A stretch of DNA of 64,000 bases from an uncultured Elusimicrobia bacterium (GTDB lineage Bacteria > Elusimicrobiota > Elusimicrobia > 2-01-FULL-59-12). The stretch spans positions 1,056,001 to 1,120,000 of the forward strand of contig OY969767.1 in assembly GCA_963702895.1 (NCBI GenBank), read 5' to 3'. The translations under genes were made by a program, and so were the position numbers. Shown in pieces: positions 41,912 to 51,303 of the stretch. Numbering within the stretch: position 1 is the first letter of the stretch; each line of letters starts with the position of its first letter. Below the pieces are notes generated by a model. That model had not been told where the DNA came from. It made no database searches and was given only the letters and a program-made list of their open reading frames with translations.

Positions 41912-43099
41912 TCAGGCATCGAACCAATCGCCCGGCGGCGCCGAGAAAAACTGTTCCAGCGGTATGCCGCCGGATCCGACGACAAGCGCCTTCGCCTTGG
42001 GAAATCGCTTTTGGAACGCCATCAACCCGCTGAGGCGGCCAGGGCGGCCGCTCTTGACTTCCAGGGCGAGCACGCGGCCGGCGCGTTCCAGCACGTAATC
42101 CACTTCCTGATCACCGTCCCGCCAATAATAGACCGGCTCGCCCGGGAGCTGATTCACAAGGTAGCCCCCCACCGCATTTTCGACAAGACGTCCCCAATGG
42201 TCCGCCGAGTTGCGCACGGTCTGGTACGCCAGCCCGGGCCATGACGTCAAGAGCGCGTTGTTCCAGGTGACCAGCTTGGGGCTTGCGGCCCGCTGCCGGG
42301 CGACCCCCCCGCTCCAGAGATTTAAGCCGCTGACCAGATAGGCCGATGACAAGAGCTCCAGGTAATGCGCCAGCGTCACCGTGTTGCCCGCGTCCTGCAG
42401 CTGTCCGAGCATTTTATTGTAGGACAGCATTTGTGCCGGATGGTGCGTCGCGAGCCGGTACAGCTGTCGCAGAAGGGCCGGTTTGGTGACGGGGCTCAGC
42501 TGCAGCACATCCCGCGAAATCACGGCCTCCACCAAGGAGCTGGAAATATAGCGCCGCCATCGCTCCGGCTCTCGGGCCAGCGGGGCAGCCCCGGGGTAGC
42601 CCCCGTAAAAGATCCAGTGATCGAGCGACCAGCGAAATGCCCGACGGCACTCCGGCCAGCTCCAGTGCGGACAGTAATGAAGTTCAAAGCGGCCGGCCAG
42701 GCTTTCCCGGGCGTGCTTCTGCACATGCAGCGATGCCGATCCCAAAATAATCGCGCGAACATCCGTGCGCTCGCGGCGATCCTGGTCAAAGCACGCCTTC
42801 ACGACCTCGGCCCAGCGCGGCACTTTCTGGACTTCGTCGAGCGCCAGGACGACGGTCTTGTTGCGGCTTTTCGAGAGTTGGCGGGCCGATTGCCACTGGG
42901 ATTGAATCCAGAAGGCATCGGGAGGCGCCGGCAGATCCGCGGAAGCATAGACGCTCGGCCCCCGCCATGCCTTGAGGACTTGTTCCACGGCCGTGGTCTT
43001 GCCAACCTGGCGGGGGCCGACGACGATCTGCACCCCATGGGGCGGCGACTTCAGCCTCCGGGCAAGCACCCCTACCAGATCCCTTTTCAGCAGAGCCAT
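41912..43099 (-). CDS. AAA+ ATPase (AAA_14 + DUF4143 type) with C-terminal PD-(D/E)XK-like domain
   Basis: GPRQVGKTT, DEVQ, GSAS, ESLAGR, GGYPG, EVDYV...EVKSG. Confidence 0.9.
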   Translation of the reverse strand: MALLKRDLVGVLARRLKSPPHGVQIVVGPRQVGKTTAVEQVLKAWRGPSVYASADLPAPPDAFWIQSQWQSARQLSKSRNKTVVLALDEVQKVPRWAEVVKACFDQDRRERTDVRAIILGSASLHVQKHARESLAGRFELHYCPHWSWPECRRAFRWSLDHWIFYGGYPGAAPLAREPERWRRYISSSLVEAVISRDVLQLSPVTKPALLRQLYRLATHHPAQMLSYNKMLGQLQDAGNTVTLAHYLELLSSAYLVSGLNLWSGGVARQRAASPKLVTWNNALLTSWPGLAYQTVRNSADHWGRLVENAVGGYLVNQLPGEPVYYWRDGDQEVDYVLERAGRVLALEVKSGRPGRLSGLMAFQKRFPKAKALVVGSGGIPLEQFFSAPPGDWFDA

Positions 43100-43105
43100 G
43101 CCGTC

Positions 43106-43134
43106 AGTGTAGCAGGCGGGGGAAGCCCGGTCAA
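43106..43134 (-). promoter_or_regulatory. Sigma70 promoter TTGACC-17-TACACT, probably leaderless, for the ATPase
   Basis: -35 at 43129-43134, TG-extended -10 at 43106-43111, ATG 6 nt downstream. Confidence 0.7.
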
Positions 43135-43140
43135 TATGAT

Positions 43141-43182
43141 TTACTCAGTGCACTGAGTATTCTTGCTCAGTCGGCTGAGTAA
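43141..43182. promoter_or_regulatory. Two tandem palindromes TTRCTCAG-N4-CTGAGTAW (operator-like)
   Basis: 43141-43160 and 43163-43182, centres 22 bp apart. Confidence 0.65.
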
Positions 43183-43293
43183 TGCTACTAAGGGCCTAAG
43201 TCAAACCATGGGCCTCTTGGCCCTGTATATTTGGTCTGCCGGCCCATTTATCCACCGTCGAAGAACCCTTAGAATTGAATATCTGTCGAACGC

Positions 43294-46200
43294 ATGCGCG
43301 TGTCGCGTTCGGGGATATCTATGCCTAAATGGATTGTACGCATCGTCGCTTTGCTTCTGGTTCCCTGCCTGGCCGGGGATGCGAGCTCCACACTACCGGC
43401 GCTCGCCCGCCCTGATGTGTGGCGGGCGTTATTCCCGGCCGGTGCCGCCACCTTTAAAGACTGGAAAGCGGCGCTGGTCGCAGATCCAGCTCTGGCATCC
43501 GCGTATGCCTCGTATCCCCAAATGTCACCCGACATCAGACCGCTGAGCCGAGCTAAGGAGGCAACGGACCCAGCCGTTTTTGAATCACAGGCCCTGATCC
43601 TCCCCCTCTGCGCCATGCTGCTCGTCGGCGCCGCCGGGAAACCGTTTCTCCATACCTACCGCGCGCTTTCTGGATACACGCAAGCGCTTGGATCGACGAA
43701 GCGCCGAGGCGGGCCAAGAGGTATTACTCGCAGAAAGAAACAGCCCGGCAGATTGACGCATCAACGGTCCCGCAGGTCGTCCGGTCACCATGCAATCGCA
43801 CAAAGGCCAGGAACGTCATTAACGCGTCCGGTCTATCGTATGGGAGTTCAAATACAACGAGTGATCTTTCCGATCGTCAAAGTCTTCGCTCTCGACGATC
43901 AAGGGGGCTGGCTGGAACGTACATTTGTGTTCCAGTATTCCAACCTCCATGAATTCAGAAAGACAAAACATCCAATGCCTCACTACTTGAACGTAGAGGA
44001 TGATCGAATAAAGGAAACCATTCGGTATCTCGCGGAGGCGATTGCGCCTGGTCTGATTAATACAGCAAATGGCTTTTCTCTGGGAGATCTGATTCGCAGC
44101 ACCACGCCCCTTGGCAGCGGCACGATCGAGATTTTCTTTTCCGTATCGATGGTCGATGAGGAATGGGTCATTCAACACGAGAGCCAACAACATATTGAAG
44201 GCCGTTTGGGAGAAGTGCTTCTACGCGCTTTCCACGATCTTCATCCCTCTCAAAACACGCCTCAGCCAGAATCTGGAACAGTTTGGTTCGAGGCATCTCC
44301 TGCTCCCGCTGCCGCGCCGGACAGTGCTGCATCTCATCGGCCAGCCCGTGGGGGTTCCTCGTTCGGTAAACCGCGCGACGAGCGTCACTATCCGTACGGA
44401 ATCGATGGACCCAATAGCCGCTGGTGGAACCGCTTTCCTTTGTCCCCTTCGCCAGTCCCCAGTCTGAGCCGGAGCGGCCGCCACGGCATGCCGGGCGTGC
44501 CGGCGCTCTCCCGCGGGAACAATGACGCTCAGAATGGGCCGAGACGGTCTCCCTCCGGAGCTAGAGATGCAGCGAGTCGGGCGACGAGTTCCTTCTTGGT
44601 GAGAAACGACCATCTTTTCTACGCGACGGACTACGATCCCCCTGCGCTGCGGGCTGATGTGCGATTAATTCGTCACGGGGAGACCCTTGGGCAAAAACGC
44701 AAGATATTCCAAGGGAACCGGGACAAAGCACAGAATCAATTGGGCGAGGAAGGCCATCGACAAAAGGTTAGCGCCGCAGCTCTCTTATTCCGAGATTTTG
44801 AAGACGTGCTGCGAACGTCGCCGGAGGATATCGTCATCATCGAGAGCCCCTTGGGTCGCGCCGTCGACACTCGCAAAGCGTTTACGGACTTGGTCGCTAA
44901 GCGTTTGAAACGTTCACTCACCGTGGAGACACTGGACTTGGCTCGCGAAATCGATTTTGGCCGGTGGGACGGCCTCAGCGAAGAGGAAATTCTCAAGAAG
45001 TGGGGCCTGGACGAATTGGAGCGTGCGAAACGCTATCGTTACGAGGTTGACCCGACGGTTGTCTCGGAGGGTGGAACGTCTTACCTGGATTTCTTGACCC
45101 ACCAGGCAAGCGATCTGTTGACGTACATTAACGAGAAACACGCGGGCAAAACGGTGCTCCTCTTCGCCCATGGAACATTGGGAAGCGCTCTGAGCGTATT
45201 GCTGTCATACCCCGAAGTGGTCACAAAAGAAGGTCACATTGACTGGCGGGCAATGAATATTCCAAACGCCGTGCCCTTTCAATTGCAGCGCTATTCGCGA
45301 CCCGCCGCGGATTCGGCTACGCCCACCGCGGGCCAGCCCGCTAGCCCTGAGCGGTTCGGCAGGCTCACCGCAAGCGAGCTCGCCCTGAGCGAAGTCGAAG
45401 GGAGTCGAAGGGCCGCCGCGCCGGATACGGCGGACACGGAGACAACAGAAACACCGACACGGGGACGCGGAGAAACACCCATTGAAGTTTCCCCGCGTCA
45501 CCCCGTCGCCGCGTCTGCGCGTCCGACGTCCGATCCCGCCGCCGCGTCAACGGATCCTGACAGTATCGGATCCACAGACGCCAATAAGGATCATCGACAT
45601 CACCCACCCATCGGCAATAACCCGCACGATGTCCCCGCCGCACAGTTCCCTGTTCGACCCGCTTGGGTCTATGAGCCTTCGGTTCCACAGGAAATGAGGT
45701 CTGAATTGGAGGATATGCTCCTAAAAGGACCTCATCTGCGATCGGTTCTGGAACGCGCTGCAGATAAGACGCGGCACCCGGTCACAATTGCATTTCAAGC
45801 CTATATGAACATTGCGGCCAGAATGGGATATACCCCCGAAATGGGATATTCCATTATGTTTTCTCAGGAATGGTTGGACGATAATGAACCAAACGCATTG
45901 GGCGCTCTTGAACATGAAGTAGCACACATCGGGGTCTATGTCGACGGCATCGCTAACCTGGAGGATGACCGAACTTTTCAGACGAGTATGAGAACCCGTC
46001 CTCGCAATGATTTCTCCCATTCCGTATTGCAAGCGCTCTCCGATTTTATTGCAGTTTGCTATCAGCTCGAGCTAAATTGGGTATCGGCCGCCAGTTATAT
46101 CCTGGACGTGGTCGTCGCGCTGAATCAAAAGAGTCATGCTCGGTGGGTCAACATGGCGCCCGGGGAACAGACGCGACAGGCTGCTTTCCAATATGCACTG

Positions 46201-49200
46201 CACTATCTACGGAGTTTTATGGCTTTTGATCATGAGAACAGGGGCGTTGATCCTGCGACTCGCGAAACCTTTACATTGGCCTTCAAAGACATTTTAACAA
46301 CCGAGGAAATGACAGTAATCCGTGAAGCGCTCAACGAATCACTGAGGGGCATTCCCCTCACCCATTTGACTCATGCAGACTTTTTTGATGCGTTATGCAA
46401 TAAACTCTACACGCTCGTAGGCTCACTTGCTAAACATTCTCGCGCTGCCGCGCCGGGCACAGCCGACACGGAGACACGGGGACCCCCCGCCACTGAGGCA
46501 TTGGCGGGTCCGCCAAGAAGTAGTGGCGGAGGAGACACGGGGAATCAAGGAGCAAGCGATGGCCCCTCCGCTTTTGACGTTTCCCCGCGTCCCCCCCTCC
46601 CCGCGTCCCCGCGTCCGACGCCCAAACCCGCCGCCGCGCCGCCGACAGTCGAACCGGCGAATGGGCGAGCCGGCGATCTGGCGAAAGACCCGCCAAATGG
46701 TTCGCCGACACACCCCGTCGCCAAGTCGCTGACTCGACCGTCCGATCCCGCGTCGGGTTCGACTTCGCTCACCACAGGCCCTGAGCGAGCGGGAGCGAGT
46801 CGAAGGGCTCCCGCGCTGGAAAGTGCTGATGTGAGAAATGGTTCAGAAGAATTGGACATTCTAAGCCCAACAATCGACGCTTTGGTCAATCAATTGTGGA
46901 AAAGCATTTCACTCAATGACGCTGTGGGAAGATCACAAGCGCGGCGAGAATTGGAAGCCCTTGGGTTTAGTGTTCAAATTGGATTTTCACGTGAAATGCA
47001 TCCATATTCTGATCCACAACATATTGAAGCGCTTACGATTTATCAGACGTTAACGAAAATGGCGACTCCTGAGCAGCTCCGCTCCATCCGAGACGTTCTT
47101 TCGCATGGGATGCAAAATATCGCCAAATGGGGAGGTGGCAGAGGATTTTTATTAATGCGGCTGAATACCGAAGCAAGGGCCTTTCAAATTGTGATGGGAG
47201 ATTCTGGATTGGGAATCACATATGGCGAGGGGCCTCTGAAAGGCAGCCACGCACCGATTCATGAGGCGGTAAAACTCGGACAATCGTTCGCTGCTGGAAG
47301 CGATGGGGGAAAAGGGCTGGCTTATATGGTGATCGATCTCGACGACGTCTCTGTCACTAGCATCACCCCTGAAGACGGAGTTGCCCGCGGCCATTGGTGG
47401 AGAAAAGGATGGCAACGAGAACGCAGATTGAAGAGTAATCAAAACTTACCCTCACAGGGATTAAAGATTGTTGGCCAAAAACTTCTTGGCCCCGCCGCCG
47501 CGCCCGCCACTACACCGTTGGCGGGCAAGCCGGGCGCAGCCGACACGGGGATCGATTCACCGCGTCCCCGCGTCCCCCCTACTCCGCGTCATGATCTCTC
47601 CGCGTCACCGCGTCACCACGTCGCCGCGTCTGACTCTGTCACGGAGCCCGCCGCCGCGCCGGAACGCTTGCCCTCCCAGTTGAAAGGGAAATGGGCGTGG
47701 TTGTCGAATGCCTGGGGGGAAGCGTTCCATTGGCTCCTGGCTCCGGCGTTTGGGTTTCAAGACGCCCGGATGGTCTGGCAGAAGGACCAGGCTCCTTACG
47801 TGCATGTCCCCGGCTTGCCGGCCCGCGGCGTCCGGGCGTTTCTAATGGCGGCCGTGCATCCGCTGATCAATCTTTTCTGGACCCTTTTCCCCTGGCTCAT
47901 TTGGGACCAGCTGGCGGGTCTTCCTCAAGGCCCTCCGGCCCAGATCCTGATCACCGCGCTGATTCTTCACGCCGTCCTCAACGCCTACGGTTTTCTGGGC
48001 AACCTGATCAGCTCCTACGTTTCCCTGGTCCCATTGACTTTCTATGAGTATGACCGCGCCTCCGACCACCGCTTGATCGCCCGGCCCCGTTTCTCTATTT
48101 CCGTTCCGCGGTGGGAGGTTAAAGCCAACTCGGACTGGAACCGGATGGTTTACACGCTTTCGCTTGGGCGTCTTGGCCGCAAACCGGAGGGGGATGACCT
48201 TCATTCCGAACTGCCGCGGGGCGCCACCCCGGAAGACCGCGCCGCGTCGCCGCGTCGCCGCGTCCCCGCGTCTGCGCGTCCGCCGTCCTATCCTGCCTCG
48301 ACACCTCTTTCGTTCAAGCAGAAACAAGCTTTCATTCTCGCTCACGAGGACCGTCTTGGGGACCTCAAAAACCCTCGCCATAAGCGCGTCTTGCGCAGAT
48401 ATTTCCTGGAAGGAAAGACGCAGGAGGTCTTGGCAGCCGAATTGGGTCAAGGCCAGAGCTCAGTGTCTTCATTAATAGCACGGGCTTTCCGAGCGCTTCT
48501 TGATTGGGTGTATCCCGATGAAGCGTCAGACCTCAAATTTGTGCGTGATCACGAAGACCGCCTTAGGGAACTCAACAACCCTCGCTATGAGAGCATTTTG
48601 CGCGGGTATTTCCTGGAAGGAAAGACTCACGAGGTCTTGGCAGCTGAATTGGGTATCTCCGTTCGCTCAGTCTCTGACTCAAAAAGAACAGCCATCCGAG
48701 TTTTTCGTGATAAGGTGAACCCTGATGAAGCGTCAGACCGCAAATTTGTGATCGACCACGAGGGCCTGCTTGGGCAGCTCGCTCCTTCCCAAGTGCGCGC
48801 ATTGACCGGGTATTTCCTGGAAGGTAAGACCCTGCCAGAATTGGCGCACGCTTACGGCATCACAAAACAGGCGGTGGCCGAAGCAAAAGACCTCGGCTTG
48901 AGACAACTGCGAAGATGGGTTAAAACTCATGAGTCGCTTCTCCAGGCGCTCGTCGAGATGGATGGGTTGGTCACAGTCACGCGTATCAGCCGCCAGGTCG
49001 GGGTGACTGCGCTGAGGGTCAATTCTCATGGGGGTGTCACGGGACTGGTCGCTGAAGCGGCACCGCTGCGCGCGCTAGCGAGGCTGGAAGCGGGTCCCCT
49101 TTTCACAACGAGGCCGAAAAGAGACCTCAGTCTTCGGGACAAGGGAATGACGCGACACCGGCAGGCGACGGGATTGCCGCCGCCGGCGAAGGAACAAACC

Positions 49201-51171
49201 AAAGGGAATTCCTTCCAGGAATCTGTGAATGCCCGATTCAAATCGGGAACGAAGTCTGAATTGACGGAATTCCTGGGAAGCTTAACGTCTGATCAACGGA
49301 ATCGATTAACGGATGTTCAGCGCCGTTTGCTTCTTTTTGTCTGGCTTTTCATCGATGACCCTATGGGCGGAGACCATTACGGAAAAATTGGTGAAAAGCT
49401 AATTGATTTCCCGATGCAAACATGGATTCTCGGGGACCAATCCGAGCGCCAATCTGATCCGTGGATTGCCATGACCGGGGTGGCAAAAACTCTGCAATCT
49501 TTCATCTATGAGCTAAGCTTTCACTGGCAGCGTGGGATCCCCTGGCGCCGAAAAACGATGATTGATGCTTTACAAGGTCCCACCACGGACTTGCTGGGCG
49601 CCGATACATACCAACGATTGGCCGTCTTAGCGAGGGAGCGTCGCTATCCAAAGAAGGGAAATCGCAGCACCCGTTTGGCCGGGATAGACTCCGATGACAG
49701 GATTGTTGATAGCATCGGTGGCATGGACTGGGCCAGGGGTGAATGGTTCAGCAAATACATTGACACGCCGTATTATGATGCTTATGCAGGTCTTATTCTC
49801 GCCCCTACCGCTGCGTCGAATGATCCGACAAAAATAAATCCAGCCCAGACCCCGCTAGCGCGCGCCCTCTGGTTGAAAATCGCCGGGAAAAGCGCGACCA
49901 ACACCCGGGCGGAATCCTGGTTTACGGCGGTCCTCGAATGGCTTCCCTGGCTGGCGCTGGTGGGGGCAGCGGCGCTCCAAGCCCTGCATTCGCCGAGTGG
50001 TTATTCCTGGCTGCTGATCCCGGTCAGCGCTTCGATCGCGATGATCTTTTTATACGCCCTGCACGCGTGGGTCCCCCGGTGGGCCCCGCCAGGCGTTGAA
50101 CGCGTAAAAGTCGGGCGCGAAACATGGCCCCTGGCGGCCGGCTTGTTTGCTGTGGACGTCTTGGCGGGCTTCTCGGTGGCTTGGGGCGTGGGGTTGGCGG
50201 CGGTGCCACTCGTTCTGCTGGGGTGGTTCCTTCACGCCAGGCACGACCGGCGAATCTTCAATCAACGGACGACAGGCGACCGCGATTTTGGAAAAACGGG
50301 ATTGAGATTCTTTGTCCTTGGCCTTGGAACGATCTGGCTTGGACGGCGGTGGCCGCCCGGTAACGCCAGCTATTCAGATCCTTCCGAAGAGGAAATCGAT
50401 AAACATCTTGAAGAAGCGTTCGTCTCGATGGGGAACAAGGACGGTGTCGTCATGCTGGATACCGCGGCCGCCTACGGCCGATCGGAGGAGCGCCTCGGGC
50501 GCTTCTTGCTAAAACGTCCCGATCTGGCGCGACGCGCTTTTATCGCCACGAAGTGGGGTGAGGAGTTTGATCCAGTGACGAACCGATCGTGGAAGGATTT
50601 CTCGGTTCAAAATCTGAGGGCCTCTTTCAAGCGGAGCCAGGATCACCTTGGCAAAGTGGACCTGCTTTACATCCACATGTCCACGGACGCCTCCGCGGAT
50701 GTCCTGCGCGACGAGGCTGTGCGGCAGGAGATGGAACGTATGAAAATCGATGGGGAGGTGCGGCTCATCGGCGCATCGATCTCCAATGAAGCGATCCTGG
50801 CCGAGGCTATAGAACAAGGCTCACTGAATGGCTTCGATGTGATCCAGATGCCGGCCCCTCTCTTTTTGAAGCGGCCCGCTTTGGCTTCGGCCTTACACCA
50901 ACGTGGCTTCGCCGTTGTTCTTAATTCCCCTGTCCGCAAAGCGGACAATCAGAATCCCGAAAACGCAATCCGTGAATTGGCCAACCGGCCCGAGGTTTCC
51001 ATGATTCTCACGGGGACCCGGATGCACCTGGGAGAAACGGTGAGCTACCTGGGCACACCTCCCAGCGCGCCCAAAGGAAGGCTTCCGCTTTGGCGGCAAT
51101 GGAAAAACTGGCTGTTTGCGCCGGCGGATAAAAACGCTCGCTTCTCTCATCGGGTCCGGGCTGCCGCGTAA
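43294..51171 (+). CDS. Giant 2625-aa multidomain mosaic protein
   Basis: Uninterrupted 7.9-kb ORF: signal-like N-terminus, RHG phosphatase, HEVAH, RsbT-like ATPase, three sigma-region-4 HTH, TMs, aldo-keto reductase. Start may be ATG 43321. Confidence 0.88.
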   Translation: MRVSRSGISMPKWIVRIVALLLVPCLAGDASSTLPALARPDVWRALFPAGAATFKDWKAALVADPALASAYASYPQMSPDIRPLSRAKEATDPAVFESQALILPLCAMLLVGAAGKPFLHTYRALSGYTQALGSTKRRGGPRGITRRKKQPGRLTHQRSRRSSGHHAIAQRPGTSLTRPVYRMGVQIQRVIFPIVKVFALDDQGGWLERTFVFQYSNLHEFRKTKHPMPHYLNVEDDRIKETIRYLAEAIAPGLINTANGFSLGDLIRSTTPLGSGTIEIFFSVSMVDEEWVIQHESQQHIEGRLGEVLLRAFHDLHPSQNTPQPESGTVWFEASPAPAAAPDSAASHRPARGGSSFGKPRDERHYPYGIDGPNSRWWNRFPLSPSPVPSLSRSGRHGMPGVPALSRGNNDAQNGPRRSPSGARDAASRATSSFLVRNDHLFYATDYDPPALRADVRLIRHGETLGQKRKIFQGNRDKAQNQLGEEGHRQKVSAAALLFRDFEDVLRTSPEDIVIIESPLGRAVDTRKAFTDLVAKRLKRSLTVETLDLAREIDFGRWDGLSEEEILKKWGLDELERAKRYRYEVDPTVVSEGGTSYLDFLTHQASDLLTYINEKHAGKTVLLFAHGTLGSALSVLLSYPEVVTKEGHIDWRAMNIPNAVPFQLQRYSRPAADSATPTAGQPASPERFGRLTASELALSEVEGSRRAAAPDTADTETTETPTRGRGETPIEVSPRHPVAASARPTSDPAAASTDPDSIGSTDANKDHRHHPPIGNNPHDVPAAQFPVRPAWVYEPSVPQEMRSELEDMLLKGPHLRSVLERAADKTRHPVTIAFQAYMNIAARMGYTPEMGYSIMFSQEWLDDNEPNALGALEHEVAHIGVYVDGIANLEDDRTFQTSMRTRPRNDFSHSVLQALSDFIAVCYQLELNWVSAASYILDVVVALNQKSHARWVNMAPGEQTRQAAFQYALHYLRSFMAFDHENRGVDPATRETFTLAFKDILTTEEMTVIREALNESLRGIPLTHLTHADFFDALCNKLYTLVGSLAKHSRAAAPGTADTETRGPPATEALAGPPRSSGGGDTGNQGASDGPSAFDVSPRPPLPASPRPTPKPAAAPPTVEPANGRAGDLAKDPPNGSPTHPVAKSLTRPSDPASGSTSLTTGPERAGASRRAPALESADVRNGSEELDILSPTIDALVNQLWKSISLNDAVGRSQARRELEALGFSVQIGFSREMHPYSDPQHIEALTIYQTLTKMATPEQLRSIRDVLSHGMQNIAKWGGGRGFLLMRLNTEARAFQIVMGDSGLGITYGEGPLKGSHAPIHEAVKLGQSFAAGSDGGKGLAYMVIDLDDVSVTSITPEDGVARGHWWRKGWQRERRLKSNQNLPSQGLKIVGQKLLGPAAAPATTPLAGKPGAADTGIDSPRPRVPPTPRHDLSASPRHHVAASDSVTEPAAAPERLPSQLKGKWAWLSNAWGEAFHWLLAPAFGFQDARMVWQKDQAPYVHVPGLPARGVRAFLMAAVHPLINLFWTLFPWLIWDQLAGLPQGPPAQILITALILHAVLNAYGFLGNLISSYVSLVPLTFYEYDRASDHRLIARPRFSISVPRWEVKANSDWNRMVYTLSLGRLGRKPEGDDLHSELPRGATPEDRAASPRRRVPASARPPSYPASTPLSFKQKQAFILAHEDRLGDLKNPRHKRVLRRYFLEGKTQEVLAAELGQGQSSVSSLIARAFRALLDWVYPDEASDLKFVRDHEDRLRELNNPRYESILRGYFLEGKTHEVLAAELGISVRSVSDSKRTAIRVFRDKVNPDEASDRKFVIDHEGLLGQLAPSQVRALTGYFLEGKTLPELAHAYGITKQAVAEAKDLGLRQLRRWVKTHESLLQALVEMDGLVTVTRISRQVGVTALRVNSHGGVTGLVAEAAPLRALARLEAGPLFTTRPKRDLSLRDKGMTRHRQATGLPPPAKEQTKGNSFQESVNARFKSGTKSELTEFLGSLTSDQRNRLTDVQRRLLLFVWLFIDDPMGGDHYGKIGEKLIDFPMQTWILGDQSERQSDPWIAMTGVAKTLQSFIYELSFHWQRGIPWRRKTMIDALQGPTTDLLGADTYQRLAVLARERRYPKKGNRSTRLAGIDSDDRIVDSIGGMDWARGEWFSKYIDTPYYDAYAGLILAPTAASNDPTKINPAQTPLARALWLKIAGKSATNTRAESWFTAVLEWLPWLALVGAAALQALHSPSGYSWLLIPVSASIAMIFLYALHAWVPRWAPPGVERVKVGRETWPLAAGLFAVDVLAGFSVAWGVGLAAVPLVLLGWFLHARHDRRIFNQRTTGDRDFGKTGLRFFVLGLGTIWLGRRWPPGNASYSDPSEEEIDKHLEEAFVSMGNKDGVVMLDTAAAYGRSEERLGRFLLKRPDLARRAFIATKWGEEFDPVTNRSWKDFSVQNLRASFKRSQDHLGKVDLLYIHMSTDASADVLRDEAVRQEMERMKIDGEVRLIGASISNEAILAEAIEQGSLNGFDVIQMPAPLFLKRPALASALHQRGFAVVLNSPVRKADNQNPENAIRELANRPEVSMILTGTRMHLGETVSYLGTPPSAPKGRLPLWRQWKNWLFAPADKNARFSHRVRAAA

Positions 51172-51231
51172 TATCCCCCTCTGAAGCTGATTCAAATCTC
51201 AAATGGAGTGATCCTTTGAAGCAGATCCAGT

Positions 51232-51292
51232 GATTAGGCAGGTTCTCCTTGAAAAATTAAGCAGGTTGGCTGAGAGATTAGGTAGGCTCCTC
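51232..51292. repeat. Three-unit fragment of the GATTAGG repeat array
   Basis: Matches the first units of the array at 51984 with the same 23/21 spacing. Confidence 0.7.
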
Positions 51293-51303
51293 CCAGAGAA
51301 GCG

